A stretch of DNA of 64,000 nt, from positions 6,763 to 70,762 of the forward strand of contig CAYLPQ010000004.1 in assembly GCA_964385605.1 (NCBI GenBank), read 5' to 3'. This document shows positions 37,901-46,958 of the stretch, one piece after another (within the stretch, counting starts at the first letter, position 1; each line of letters starts with the position of its first letter). The position numbers and the translations under genes were made by a program. The notes beneath the pieces were generated by a model. That model made no database searches and was not told where the DNA came from. It saw nothing but the letters and a program-made list of their open reading frames with translations. Source of the DNA: an uncultured Oscillospiraceae bacterium (lineage in GTDB: Bacteria; Bacillota; Clostridia; UMGS1883).

Positions 37901-38740
37901 AACGAGGGCATTGTCGATATACAGCCAGGTTTTCTGTGAATCAGAATCAAATTCAAAGTCCAGCTTTACCCATCTGCGTCTTAAATTCATACTGTTAAAT
38001 TTAGTTGCACCCAGGCTCTGTCCTTTTTGTACTCCACCGTAGTAGCGTACCTCGCCAACAGTGTTGTCTTCATTAAAATAAAAACGCATCTGTGCGTTTG
38101 AATCACCACCAAAGTAAAACTCGAAATCATACATTCCCACCATATCATCCGCAATATCCATATAAACCATATAGCTTACGGTAAATCTTCCCGTAGGCTT
38201 TATTCCTTTAAGGACATATTGTGGGCGGTCCTTCCACATCTCGTTACGGATGAAGCAATTGGCGCTTCCGTCCTCAAGAGTTTCAACGGCAAATTTACTT
38301 GAGGGATAGCTTGCATTACCCCATCTTGTTTTCCAATCCGTAAGGAAGTTTGTTATAACAGAATTTTCATACTCGGAATAATTAAAGCTGTCGGAGTAAT
38401 TTACGTAATAATTCTCCGGCATAACGGTGAAAGTGAACTCCTTGCTCTCACTACCTGTCGTTGCTGTAAGAGTAACCTCCTCCGGCTCACTGTCAGGACG
38501 GCTAACAACACCCGAGTTACTTATCACAGAAGAATTACTACTTGACCAGGTAATGTTTTCTTCTCCGGCTACTTCAGGCAAAGTTAAATCCATGGAGATA
38601 CAGTTTTTTGCCTCAGAAGAAAGATTTTCATATGTAACAGAAGCCAATTCCGAAACTGTATCAGTCGCACCGGCAAAAGACGGTATCAAAGCCATTATTG
38701 TAGTCACTGATAAAACCAACGATAACAAACGTTTTTTCAT
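34904..38740 (-). CDS. giant secreted protein: atrophied-Ig insert, two LamG-like modules, shared beta-sandwich module, PL22-like/TolB-like beta-propeller, C-terminal CBM-like module
   Basis: 1278 aa. Signal peptide. NITWSSSNSSVISNSGVVSRP motif. LLIDDMSVV and VYIDDFATY strand motifs. Propeller ends in DPGHTHPSFSRDGKKVIFG. C-terminus is paralogous to that of the 974-aa protein. Confidence 0.65.
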   Translation of the reverse strand: MKKRLLSLVLSVTTIMALIPSFAGATDTVSELASVTYENLSSEAKNCISMDLTLPEVAGEENITWSSSNSSVISNSGVVSRPDSEPEEVTLTATTGSESKEFTFTVMPENYYVNYSDSFNYSEYENSVITNFLTDWKTRWGNASYPSSKFAVETLEDGSANCFIRNEMWKDRPQYVLKGIKPTGRFTVSYMVYMDIADDMVGMYDFEFYFGGDSNAQMRFYFNEDNTVGEVRYYGGVQKGQSLGATKFNSMNLRRRWVKLDFEFDSDSQKTWLYIDNALVSVSGGLDTPKMIGPLQRVDFNIGENIVDMVLLIDDMSVVTEYDDVDEKEIVDVYTLLAHENFSSESEFAVTQSLDFSRAVIDGYEDVNITFESGSDNLIISGDVGEIIREEKDAQAILYATISKDNTDFSQQKTFKFTVKGTDCKVYISESFYYPELVGEKVVSSSGGWCLNSASEHTGYLDSEYVAETGNYAIKTFRTVSDTTNGTDSADFRYNFSDASKRDITVETRMKIGETIDTQQIYNINVYGKYEGNSLQVTFAQMHIYASKTSTSMRISCYNDVKGSNESKALISNFASPGEWFDFKMEIDMFHKTMNIYVNGNLLTPTPVNFMKDKDVDISAKATEIKYFSVHPFRTMPFGEVYIDDFATYSTRGMTADVALYKNSEKVIDLGYIETEDVVSAEVQLYDFRENMTLDGASVIAGIYDGEKLYDVAMTSGQAQDGIINVTFPSLEIPDAIENAKMKVFFLDSTGKLSPVRVDYNFPHKLNGTIVPNEFTDEGTGRTYYTIDLNGENALRSYYTMTTWAKNADKFYFYDNQYRLYEYDIDTAGYKYIDTLYGQNLVMVSRLGNVFYIKKTGEIIRMDSETKEKEIVGNLPGDMNIGAAGLLQVNDDESYLSLEITENSSEEFDVTKQKRIPVMDIETGEWDLRYVYGFDTKVYAPDHMNLNPNPEYSNLVAFAHEGTGDNGEGNPERIWLLNRDTGEYVNLFKQKMLYDRVPAEIVSHEAWMQSGELMMFANGSETTPGGITLFKKDGSDRRYVNGDYNYLHPSGSTVTDRFVVSDTGYDGSVTKLVLIDCYTGKSYLLATLPQNGKDPGHTHPSFSRDGKKVIFGLYSEDLSTIRVGWMDISDIINNVADGEEISLSESCSTTSYGDTDFYLVRETINGNEFFNIASGNHMNVNITAFEKETVDVSITFDYVDNGTDVIVIDYVKWETVNGKNKIVNYSEKIARTDTGNVKTATVTLSGINAENLKMMGTDFTIKGEETALAVKNISVTEQ

Positions 38741-38809
38741 TGTAGCTATCCTCCTACTTCATCCGTATATATAAAAAAGAACACTTTCCCTTATACCATT
38801 TTAAGTTTA

Positions 38810-38838
38810 ATTATATACTATATTTTCGTACAAAGCAA
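38810..38838 (-). promoter_or_regulatory. promoter of the 1278-aa gene / utilisation operon
   Basis: Minus strand TTGCTT (38838..38833), 17-nt spacer, TATAAT (38815..38810). Confidence 0.5.
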
Positions 38839-38891
38839 GAGCTTTGCAACTTTTAACTAACTGTATTTTACCTGTTTTTTGATATTGGATA

Positions 38892-38920
38892 TTGAAAATC
38901 CTGACATTTGATGTTATACT
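38892..38920 (+). promoter_or_regulatory. promoter of pyk
   Basis: TTGAAA (38892..38897), 17-nt spacer, TGtTATACT extended -10 (38912..38920). Confidence 0.55.
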
Positions 38921-38939
38921 AGCTACGGGAGTGATTTTT

Positions 38940-40358
38940 ATGAGAAAAACAAAAATTATATGTACTATAGGTCCTGCCTGTAATAATGAAGATACACTGA
39001 CAAAAATGTGTCTTGCAGGTATGAATGTTGCAAGGCTTAACTTCTCTCACGGTACGCACGAGGATCATAAGAAAAATATCGATCTCATCAAGTCTGTCCG
39101 CGAAAAGTTAGGGCTTCCCATTGCAATACTTCTTGATACAAAGGGCCCCGAATACAGAATAAGAACCTTCAAAGACGGCAAAATAACCCTTGCCGACGGC
39201 GATAGCTTCACATTCACAACAGAAGAAATTGTGGGCGATGAAACAAAGGTAAGTGTAAACTACAAGGGGCTTATGGCTGACCTTGCGGTTGGTGATACAA
39301 TCCTTGTAAACAACGGTCTTGTAAGCTTTGAAGTTAAGGAACTGACAGAAACCGAGGCACACTGCACCGTCATTACCGGCGGTGAGCTGTCAAATCAGAA
39401 GAGTATGAGTTTCCCCGGAAAAGTGCTCCATCAGACATTTTTAAGCGAGCAGGACAAGAGTGACATCCTTTTCGGTATTGAGAACGACATTGACTACATT
39501 GCCGCATCATTTGTTTCAAGCGCACAGGATGTCCTTGATATAAAGAACTTTATTGAAGAAAACGGCGGAAGCGACGTCGGTATTGTTGCAAAAATTGAGA
39601 ACCGCTCCGGTGTTGACAATATTTACGAAATATGCGAGCATTGCGAGGGTGTAATGATTGCCCGCGGCGACCTTGGTGTTGAAATACCATTTAAGGAGCT
39701 CCCCGCAGTTCAGAAAAAGCTCATTACTGTATGCCGTATGATGGGTAAGAGAATTATCACAGCAACGGAAATGCTTGAATCAATGATTTACAATCCCCGC
39801 CCTACCCGTGCGGAGATTTCAGACGTTGCAAACGCGGTATACGACGGTACAAGTGCCGTTATGCTCTCGGGCGAAACTGCGGCAGGTAAATATCCAGTAC
39901 AGACAATCAAGATAATGAGTGACATCTGCGAAGAAACAGAGAACAACATCCATTACAACAAACGCTTCCACAGAGCGGATTTCGAAATAAGAAACAACCT
40001 TGACGCAATATCTCACTCTGCCTGCTCAATGGCTATCGGAGTAAATGCAAAGGCTATCGCCGTATGCTCACTTTCCGGCATGAGTGCAAGACTTGTATCA
40101 AGATTCCGCCCGGTTGTGGATATTATCGGTCTTACAACCAAGGAAAGAGTATGGCGCAAGCTGGCACTTTCATGGGGTGTGACACCTATTCTCTGCGACG
40201 AATACCCCTCTCCCGAGGTTATGTTCTACAGTGCTGCAAAGAAGACCGCAAAGCTTCTTAATCTGCAGGATGGCGACAATATTATAATTGTCGGCGGTAC
40301 AACAAGCGGTAAGTCGGGGCAGACAAATACAATAAGACTTGAAAGAATTACAAGGTAA
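38940..40358 (+). CDS. pyk: pyruvate kinase
   Basis: MRKTKIICTIGPA start with a GGGAG RBS. Motifs NFSHG and MIARGDLGVEIP. The track start at 38892 lies inside the promoter. Confidence 0.93.
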   Translation: MRKTKIICTIGPACNNEDTLTKMCLAGMNVARLNFSHGTHEDHKKNIDLIKSVREKLGLPIAILLDTKGPEYRIRTFKDGKITLADGDSFTFTTEEIVGDETKVSVNYKGLMADLAVGDTILVNNGLVSFEVKELTETEAHCTVITGGELSNQKSMSFPGKVLHQTFLSEQDKSDILFGIENDIDYIAASFVSSAQDVLDIKNFIEENGGSDVGIVAKIENRSGVDNIYEICEHCEGVMIARGDLGVEIPFKELPAVQKKLITVCRMMGKRIITATEMLESMIYNPRPTRAEISDVANAVYDGTSAVMLSGETAAGKYPVQTIKIMSDICEETENNIHYNKRFHRADFEIRNNLDAISHSACSMAIGVNAKAIAVCSLSGMSARLVSRFRPVVDIIGLTTKERVWRKLALSWGVTPILCDEYPSPEVMFYSAAKKTAKLLNLQDGDNIIIVGGTTSGKSGQTNTIRLERITR

Positions 40359-40362
40359 CATT

Positions 40363-40923
40363 ATGAACGAAAGATTTATAGTTTTTGACGTAGAAACACC
40401 AAACAGCAGAAACGACAGAATGAGTGCAATCGGTATAACCGTTGTGGAAGACGGAAAAATTCTCGGCGGTTATTACCATCTGATTGACCCGGAAACCCAT
40501 TTTGACGATTTTAATATTTATCTGACGGGGATTTCCCCCGAAACGGTTAAAGGTAAGCCGAACTTTGCAGAGCTTTGGAAAATGCTTGAACCGGTTATGT
40601 CGGGTGGCACACTGATTGCCCACAATGCCCCATTTGATATGGGGGTTCTTGCAAAGTGTCTGCGTGATTACGGAATCCGGTGGAAAGCTACTGTTCCCTA
40701 TGCCTGCACTTGTCAGATGTCCAGGAAAACTTTGCCGAACCTTTCAAATCACAAGCTTAACACAATTTCAGACTATCTCGGCCTTGAGCTTGACCACCAT
40801 AATGCCGCAAGTGATTCAAATGCTGCTGCGTGTGTGCTGCTTCACTGTATATCAATCGGCGCAGATGTGAAAGCCTTTACGAAAAACTATGATTTAAAAA
40901 ACATATGCACACTCAAAAAATAA
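40363..40923 (+). CDS. DEDDh 3'-5' exonuclease (DnaQ/epsilon-like)
   Basis: Exo motifs FDVETP, HNAPFDMGVL and HHNAASDSNAAA. Start trimmed to MNERFIVFDVE. Confidence 0.85.
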   Translation: MNERFIVFDVETPNSRNDRMSAIGITVVEDGKILGGYYHLIDPETHFDDFNIYLTGISPETVKGKPNFAELWKMLEPVMSGGTLIAHNAPFDMGVLAKCLRDYGIRWKATVPYACTCQMSRKTLPNLSNHKLNTISDYLGLELDHHNAASDSNAAACVLLHCISIGADVKAFTKNYDLKNICTLKK

Positions 40924-40985
40924 TATTACATAACTGCATCTGTTGTCCATACGTTTTCAGACAAAAAATATATGTTTTCAGACAA

Positions 40986-41019
40986 AAATGCTGAACGACT
41001 TACATCGTTCAGCATTTTT
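40986..41019 (+). terminator. intrinsic terminator after the exonuclease gene
   Basis: AAATGCTGAACGA-CTTACA-TCGTTCAGCATTT hairpin followed by a T run. Confidence 0.7.
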
Positions 41020-41025
41020 ACGTCC

Positions 41026-41068
41026 AAAATCTCCCAAAAAGGGGACAGTCCCCTTTTTGGGAGATTTT
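41026..41068. terminator. 43-nt perfect palindrome (21-bp arms), terminator of topB; second member of the palindrome family
   Basis: AAAATCTCCCAAAAAGGGGAC-A-GTCCCCTTTTTGGGAGATTTT. Abuts the topB stop codon. Confidence 0.6.
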
Positions 41069-43166
41069 AAAAAACAAATACTGCTTTGTCGCCTACAAGC
41101 TTTAATACTGCGGAAAAGGTTTTGCCCGTTTTTTTCGAAACAAATCCCTCGATACAGCTTGTTTTGCCCGTTTCGAGAAGCAATTTTACATTTGATTTGG
41201 ATATTACTCTGTCAAGGATTACGTTGCTTATACTGAATTTACAACCGTCTTTATAGCGATCACATCCATAGCCAAAGCGGTTGCGAACTACATTTCCCTC
41301 ACAGAGAGGGCATTTGCCGATTACATCCCCTATGAAGCCGTCATCGATGTCTTTTTCGGGCGGAACTTCCGCTGTGCTTTTCGAAAAAACCTCTGTTATT
41401 TCTCTCTGTGCAAGAAGGATACTGTCCTTAACGGTAATCTCACTTCTGTACACTTTTTTCAGTGCCTGACCCATCAGGGAGGTTTTATACTTATCCATAC
41501 TTATTCCCATACGTTTAAGGGATTCTATAAGGTGTTCTCCCCCGGGGAGAATTGTGTAAACGTCCTTTTTCAGGGCTATATATTCGCTCTTTATGGCATT
41601 ATCTATGATACCTGTACGCGTTGCCTCCGTGCCAAGCTCCAACCCCTCAAAGATTGCGCGGTATTCCTCTTCGTCATCGTGCTCGGAGGCATTTGCCTTT
41701 TCCTCGCGGAATGGATTTTTTAGGTAATTGTTGAGGGTTTCAATGGTATAATGCTTGGGAGGCGAGGTTTCCTTTTCCTTCGGTTGGAAATTCACATCAA
41801 TAATGTCGCCCTTCTGAAGCACCGGCAGAATTTTATCCTTTTTTGTATAATCGTCATACTTAGTCCAGCCCGGCTCGATAATAACCGTTCCCTTAAGGGT
41901 AAATTCCTCCATACCTCCTACGTCAATCTTGATTTCGCTCTTCTGTGCGATACATTCTTCACTGCAGAAAACTGCCACAAATCGGCGCATTATAGTGGAA
42001 TACACCTTTGCCTCATCCTCGGAAAGTGCAGATTTATCGGGAATTTTATGAGTCGGAGTCAGTGCCGAGTGAGACTCGATTTTCTTATCATCAAATATAG
42101 TTTTTCCGTCCTTGAATTTCACTGGATAGCCAATTTTTGATACCGCGGCAAGAATACCTTTGACCTTGTCCTTTTCCGCTTCCGCAAGATATTCGGAGTT
42201 TGTACGGGGATATGTAACATATCCCTTTTCGTAAAGCCCCTGAACGATACGCAGACTTTCCTCCATAGGCATTTTGTACTTTTTACCAAGAACGTTCTGA
42301 AGTTTTGTAAGCGAAAACAATTTACCCGGCGAAAGAGTATCTTTTTTGGACTTTGACTCTGTTACAACACCCTTTGCTTCATTATATTTGTCACAAAGTG
42401 CCTGCGCTTTATTTTTCTCATTTTTATTGAATTTTTCTTTGCTTGTAAGCTCAATTTCCGCACCGTTATGTTCTGTAACACTGTATGGTGCATAGTAAAT
42501 ATCAGGCTTAAAATTACGGATTTCCATATCGCGGTCATAGATTGCCTTGACAATAGGCACTATAACTCTGCCCACACGCATAAGTGTACCTGTTTTAAGA
42601 GATGCGTAACGGGTAAGATTTACTCCGTAAAGCCAGTCGATAAACGTTCGGGCATAACCCTCTTTAGCAAGAGAGTTGTACTCTGTCTCGTCCTTCATTT
42701 CGATAAGTCCCTGACGGATAGTTTCCTCCGTCTGGTCGGGAAGCCACAGTCTTTTAAAGGGCTTGTCCCCGCATTCTGCCATTCTTACGCAGGTTCTTAC
42801 TATAATTTCACCTTCACGGTCGGAGTCACCTGCGTTGACAATCTCCGTCACATCCTCACGGTTGCAGAGCATCTTAATCAAATCAAACTGCGCTTTCACA
42901 CCGCTGTCGGTCTGTTTATTTTTGTCCTTTTTAAGCTCGTACTCAAACTTTTCGGGAAAGCAAGGAAGATTTTTCATTGTCCACCTGTTTTCCCCGTCTG
43001 GGTTAGGCGAATAATTCTCCACATCGCAAAGCGAAAACAAATGACCGAATGCCCACGTCACAATATAACCGCTACCCTCAAATGAGTTACCGGACTTTTT
43101 CATACTCCCGATTGCAGATGCAATATTGCGTGCAAGGGAAGGTTTTTCGGCAATAATAAGCTTCAT
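41067..43166 (-). CDS. topB: DNA topoisomerase III (type IA) with C-terminal zinc-ribbon region
   Basis: MKLIIAEKPSLARNIA Toprim start. Motifs WAFGHLF and YVTYPRTNSEYL (active-site Tyr). C-terminal CPLC...C..C cysteines. Start trimmed from the TTG at 43202. Confidence 0.88.
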   Translation of the reverse strand: MKLIIAEKPSLARNIASAIGSMKKSGNSFEGSGYIVTWAFGHLFSLCDVENYSPNPDGENRWTMKNLPCFPEKFEYELKKDKNKQTDSGVKAQFDLIKMLCNREDVTEIVNAGDSDREGEIIVRTCVRMAECGDKPFKRLWLPDQTEETIRQGLIEMKDETEYNSLAKEGYARTFIDWLYGVNLTRYASLKTGTLMRVGRVIVPIVKAIYDRDMEIRNFKPDIYYAPYSVTEHNGAEIELTSKEKFNKNEKNKAQALCDKYNEAKGVVTESKSKKDTLSPGKLFSLTKLQNVLGKKYKMPMEESLRIVQGLYEKGYVTYPRTNSEYLAEAEKDKVKGILAAVSKIGYPVKFKDGKTIFDDKKIESHSALTPTHKIPDKSALSEDEAKVYSTIMRRFVAVFCSEECIAQKSEIKIDVGGMEEFTLKGTVIIEPGWTKYDDYTKKDKILPVLQKGDIIDVNFQPKEKETSPPKHYTIETLNNYLKNPFREEKANASEHDDEEEYRAIFEGLELGTEATRTGIIDNAIKSEYIALKKDVYTILPGGEHLIESLKRMGISMDKYKTSLMGQALKKVYRSEITVKDSILLAQREITEVFSKSTAEVPPEKDIDDGFIGDVIGKCPLCEGNVVRNRFGYGCDRYKDGCKFSISNVILDRVISKSNVKLLLETGKTSCIEGFVSKKTGKTFSAVLKLVGDKAVFVF

Positions 43167-43247
43167 TGGTTTAATCGAGGAAAGGGGTTGCACGTGCCGC
43201 AAAGCAAAACCTGCGGTTCGTCACGTACTTCCTCACCTTTGCTTCTC

Positions 43248-44141
43248 CTACTTTAAGATTTTTTTAAATATGCGCACAAAGTTGTTGTAAAGAATATCGC
43301 TCACTGTATCTTCACTGTAATTATTTTTAAGCAGCTCTTCTGCTATTGTGTTCATAAATTCCGCACCGTTACAGCCAAGGGGCATACATTCAATGCCGTC
43401 AAAGTCACTGCCGATGCCAATATTTTTCTCACCGCCGAGAGAGCAGAAATGCTCAATATGGCGGACAATATCTTCTACACCGGCATTTTCTCCGAGGAAA
43501 TACGGTGCAAAGTTGATGCCGCTGACACCACCCTTTTCCACAAGGATTTTAAACTGTTCGTCGGAAAGTCCGCGTCTGTGCTCATACACGGCTCTTGAAT
43601 TGGAATGACTGCAGATAAAGGGCTTCTTTGCAGCTTCCGCCACATCGTAAAAGCCTTTTTCACTTATATGGGATAAATCAATCATTATACCCAGGTTCTC
43701 ACATTCTTTCACGACCATTCTGCCAAATCCGGTAAGTCCGTTATCCGATTCCGACATAATAGCAGAGGAAATTGCGTTATTGTTATTCCAGGTAAGTGTA
43801 AAAAGTCTCACCCCAAAGTCATAGAACATACGGATTGAAGAAAGATTATGTATAGAATCGGCACCCTCAATAGCAAGAATTCCGCCATAATCCACCCAGT
43901 CAAGGTCGTCTGCTGTAAGAATTTTCTCTATACCCCAGTTATATACAAGCCTGTCGTATCGCTTTATAAAACGGCGATTATGGAGATACGACGGTTTCCC
44001 GACGGCGCAGATTGCAAAGACCTGGATATATCCCGGGTATTTATACATATCGCGGGGGTTAAGGTTTGTTTTTGTATGCAAAAGATTTTTCACCGTTATA
44101 GTGTCACAGTGTCCGTCAAACACCCTGTAATCTGAAAGCAT
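43248..44141 (-). CDS. membrane (renal-type, M19) dipeptidase family protein
   Basis: FDGHCDT motif and DLSHIS. GGAGG RBS 8 nt before the ATG at 44141. Confidence 0.8.
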   Translation of the reverse strand: MLSDYRVFDGHCDTITVKNLLHTKTNLNPRDMYKYPGYIQVFAICAVGKPSYLHNRRFIKRYDRLVYNWGIEKILTADDLDWVDYGGILAIEGADSIHNLSSIRMFYDFGVRLFTLTWNNNNAISSAIMSESDNGLTGFGRMVVKECENLGIMIDLSHISEKGFYDVAEAAKKPFICSHSNSRAVYEHRRGLSDEQFKILVEKGGVSGINFAPYFLGENAGVEDIVRHIEHFCSLGGEKNIGIGSDFDGIECMPLGCNGAEFMNTIAEELLKNNYSEDTVSDILYNNFVRIFKKILK

Positions 44142-44541
44142 CTTTAATAACCTCCGCCTCGAATTTTCTATTTTTCTTCGAAAAGTCAGCATTTATCAGC
44201 ACTGCGTCAAATCGCATAGGACTGTCGTAGATTCCCTTTTCTACAGCATAATATTGTGCCGTCTTTATAATTTTCTGCTGCTTGCGTTCATCTATAAAAT
44301 CCCCCGGCGAACCGAAGTCGTCATTTTTGCGTAGCTTAACCTCCACAAAACAGGTATATTCCCCGTCAAGGGCAATTATATCTATCTCTCCCATTTTTGT
44401 GCGATAGTTTTTTTCAAGGATTTTATATCCGTGTTTTTTCAGTATTTTAACGGCAGTTTCCTCACCGGACGCACCTATGGAAACTGCCGTTTTGTTTTCA
44501 TCAGACAAATTTTTTAATAAAAGTTTTTCTATGAATTTCAC
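44116..44541 (-). CDS. yraN: YraN-family (UPF0102) endonuclease-like protein
   Basis: GEETAVKILKKHGYKILEKNYRTKMGEIDIIA...VEVK core. The start is uncertain. The ORF overlaps rnhB by 41 nt and the dipeptidase gene by 26 nt. Confidence 0.75.
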   Translation of the reverse strand: MKFIEKLLLKNLSDENKTAVSIGASGEETAVKILKKHGYKILEKNYRTKMGEIDIIALDGEYTCFVEVKLRKNDDFGSPGDFIDERKQQKIIKTAQYYAVEKGIYDSPMRFDAVLINADFSKKNRKFEAEVIKDAFRLQGV

Positions 44542-45133
44542 TTGCCCCGAACTCCTTCAATGCGTCGATATGCACTTTTGTTCCGTAGCCCTTGTGCTTT
44601 TCAAAGCCGTACTGGGGATATTTTTCTGACATTTCAAGCATCTTTCTGTCCCTGGACACTTTTGCAAGAATCGATGCCGCCGCAATACTCAAGCTGCGTG
44701 CATCACCCTTAACAACACATTCGTGAGGGTAGTTACAGTTTGTTATGCAGTCGCCGTCAACTATTACGTAATCGGGTTTCACACCCAGGGCTTCGATAGC
44801 TCTGTTCATCGCCATATATGTAGCATTGCGGATATTATATTCATCAATTTCCGCCACAGTTGCCGTGGCTACTGCATAGGCAATTGCAACCTCTTTTATT
44901 TCGTCAAAGAGCTTCTCCCGCTTTTTTTCAGAAATCTTTTTGGAATCGTTAAGTCCCTCTATACAGATGTCGGGCGGCAGAATTACTGCTGCGGCATACA
45001 CATCTCCTGCAAGAGGACCCCGACCTGCTTCGTCAACACCTGCAATTATGTTGTAACCCTTATCAAACAGGCTGTGTTCAATTTCCCACATTGCCCGCAG
45101 TCTTAAAATTTCTTCCTCTTTCATTTGTATCAC
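44501..45133 (-). CDS. rnhB: ribonuclease HII
   Basis: GVDEAGRGPLAGDVYAAAV active-site motif. About 210 aa. Confidence 0.92.
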   Translation of the reverse strand: MIQMKEEEILRLRAMWEIEHSLFDKGYNIIAGVDEAGRGPLAGDVYAAAVILPPDICIEGLNDSKKISEKKREKLFDEIKEVAIAYAVATATVAEIDEYNIRNATYMAMNRAIEALGVKPDYVIVDGDCITNCNYPHECVVKGDARSLSIAAASILAKVSRDRKMLEMSEKYPQYGFEKHKGYGTKVHIDALKEFGASEIHRKTFIKKFV

Positions 45134-45384
45134 CTACTAATTCCAAGCTCATAAGGGATAGGGAAAATTGTTCAGAACACACAAATGGAACCGAAGGGAA
45201 CCCGAAGCTGTATGTAGATACAGCGAGAGGTGACATTTGTGCGTAGCAAAGGGCATAAATTTCGAAATTCGCTCTGCGAATTTCTTCAACAGACAAGGAA
45301 AAGCACTTTGTTATATTTGTTATTAAAACAAAAACTTAACATTCTCTGCCCTTTGCGGTCTGGGCAATTTTAGCATCCCGTTGA

Positions 45385-46224
45385 CTACTCCAGAGTAATT
45401 TTACCGAGCTTTGCACCGCGAAACTCGTCAAGCACTACGTTTGCACCGCGAAGATAGTCAATCTCGCCGCCTTTTACGATAAAGCCGCGTTTTCTGCAGA
45501 TTCTTTCAAGGATTTCAAATCCCTGAAGTCCATCTTCAAGCTCTATCTTATATCTTTCAACAAGTCTTTCAGGATAGTTTTCCGCAAGGAATGCACAAAG
45601 AAGCGCGCACAAATCTTCAACGTCAAGAACATCATCCTTGATTGCACCGGTATATGCAAGGCGGAGAGCCGCCTCCTTATCCTCAAACTTGGGCCAGAGG
45701 ATACCGGGAGTATCAAGAAGCTCCATCCCATTTTTAAGAGTAATCCACTGTTTACCGCGGGTTACACCGGGTCTGTCACCTGTAACGGCAGCACTTTTGC
45801 CGTAGAGCTTGTTTATAAAAGAGCTTTTTCCCACGTTGGGAATACCGCATATCATAACACGGATAGCCTTATTCACGTAACCTCTTTCACGGTCCCGCTG
45901 AATTTTTTCCTTAAGTGCGTCCTTAACAATTTCTGTTATTTTGGCAACACCTTTTGAATCGTTACAGCTTATGGCAATGGCATAGATGCCCTCACTCTTA
46001 AACCTTTCAACCCACTGTTGTGTTTTAACGGGGTCTGCAATATCCGATTTATTAATTACAAGTATCAGCTTTTTATTTCCGATAAGTCCGGGAAGCTCGG
46101 GATTACGGCTACTTTCAGGACACCGCGCATCACAAAGCTCTATTACGCAATCACACAGCTTAATCTGGTCTGCAATCATACGTTTGGTTTTGGTCATATG
46201 CCCCGGAAACCACTGTATATTCAT
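45385..46224 (-). CDS. rbgA: ribosome biogenesis GTPase A (YlqF/RbgA)
   Basis: MNIQWFPGHM start. Circularly permuted GTPase motifs NKSD...GIPNVGKS. Confidence 0.92.
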   Translation of the reverse strand: MNIQWFPGHMTKTKRMIADQIKLCDCVIELCDARCPESSRNPELPGLIGNKKLILVINKSDIADPVKTQQWVERFKSEGIYAIAISCNDSKGVAKITEIVKDALKEKIQRDRERGYVNKAIRVMICGIPNVGKSSFINKLYGKSAAVTGDRPGVTRGKQWITLKNGMELLDTPGILWPKFEDKEAALRLAYTGAIKDDVLDVEDLCALLCAFLAENYPERLVERYKIELEDGLQGFEILERICRKRGFIVKGGEIDYLRGANVVLDEFRGAKLGKITLE

Positions 46225-46251
46225 TAAATTACCGCCTTTGTAACAAAACTC

Positions 46252-46890
46252 TTATTTATGAGGGTTTTTGAAAATGCCGATCTTGGTAAAGGGCCAGAAT
46301 CTCACAACCGATTTACCCACTATACTGTCTTCACTTATACAGCCCACAAACCGGCTGTCTGTGCTGTGGTTACGGTTATCACCCATTGCAAAAACACAAT
46401 CCTCGGGCACGGTAATCTCCGTAATGTCGTAATTTACCATAGGGTCGCGCATTGCTTCACCAAGATATTCCTCGTCAAGCTTTTCGCCATCAACATAGAT
46501 GCTGTTTGTGCTGTAGTCAATTTCAACCGTCTGACCTTCGGTAGCTATAACTCTTTTAACCCAGTAAACATTTTTACTCTGCTGCGGAGGATTAAATATT
46601 ATAATATCACCCGCTTTGGGCTCATATCCCAATCTCCACACAATCATTCTGTCACTGTGCTGAAGTGTAGGCTCCATAGACTGACCGTCAACCTTTACCA
46701 CCGTAAATACAAAATTACGCACCAAAAGCGCAAGGACAACCGCTATTGCTATAGCCTGCACCCACTCAATAAGTTCTTTTGCCGCGCTCTTTTTCTTGGG
46801 GGCTTCTGCAACTTCAGGCTCATTGTCTGCGCTGTTAACTTTAGGAATCTGCTCCTCCTGATTATTCTGGTTGTTATTGAAATCTTCCAT
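46252..46890 (-). CDS. lepB: signal peptidase I
   Basis: SMEPTL (catalytic Ser), VKRVIA (Lys) and GDNRNHSTDSR boxes. Confidence 0.92.
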   Translation of the reverse strand: MEDFNNNQNNQEEQIPKVNSADNEPEVAEAPKKKSAAKELIEWVQAIAIAVVLALLVRNFVFTVVKVDGQSMEPTLQHSDRMIVWRLGYEPKAGDIIIFNPPQQSKNVYWVKRVIATEGQTVEIDYSTNSIYVDGEKLDEEYLGEAMRDPMVNYDITEITVPEDCVFAMGDNRNHSTDSRFVGCISEDSIVGKSVVRFWPFTKIGIFKNPHK

Positions 46891-46912
46891 AAATCATGCT
46901 CCTATAAGTAAA

Positions 46913-46950
46913 ATGGAAAAGAGAACCTGCCGTGTGACAGATTCTCTTTT
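46913..46950 (-). terminator. intrinsic terminator after rplS
   Basis: AAGAGAA...TTCTCTT stem with an inner CTG/CAG extension and a T-rich tail on the minus strand. Confidence 0.55.
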
Positions 46951-46958
46951 GTTGACTA

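Noticed and set aside
38741-38891. I looked for shared AraC-type operator repeats upstream of the 1278-aa gene matching those at 32677..32706 or 26499..26533.
   Set aside because: Neither motif, nor its reverse complement, is present there. Only a small CAAAGC-TCTT-GCTTTG hairpin overlaps the -35.
45134-45384. I looked at the 250-bp intergenic region between rbgA and rnhB, which contains a 72-aa track ORF and a GAAATTCGC-TCT-GCGAATTTC hairpin, as a possible small RNA or small protein gene.
   Set aside because: The ORF has no RBS and its sequence is not protein-like. I recognise no riboswitch or sRNA family by eye. The region most likely holds the rbgA terminator and the rnhB promoter. A covariance-model scan would be needed to say more.
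46258-46911. Long antisense ORFs appear in the track: 46258..46911 opposite lepB, 50029..50685 opposite folD, 51740..52735 opposite the topoisomerase gene, 22858..23577, 42468..43085, 3572..4108, and many shorter ones.
   Set aside because: Each lies entirely within, and antisense to, a gene with strong family motifs. Their translations are low-complexity or Cys/Phe/Leu-rich with no RBS. They are shadow ORFs.
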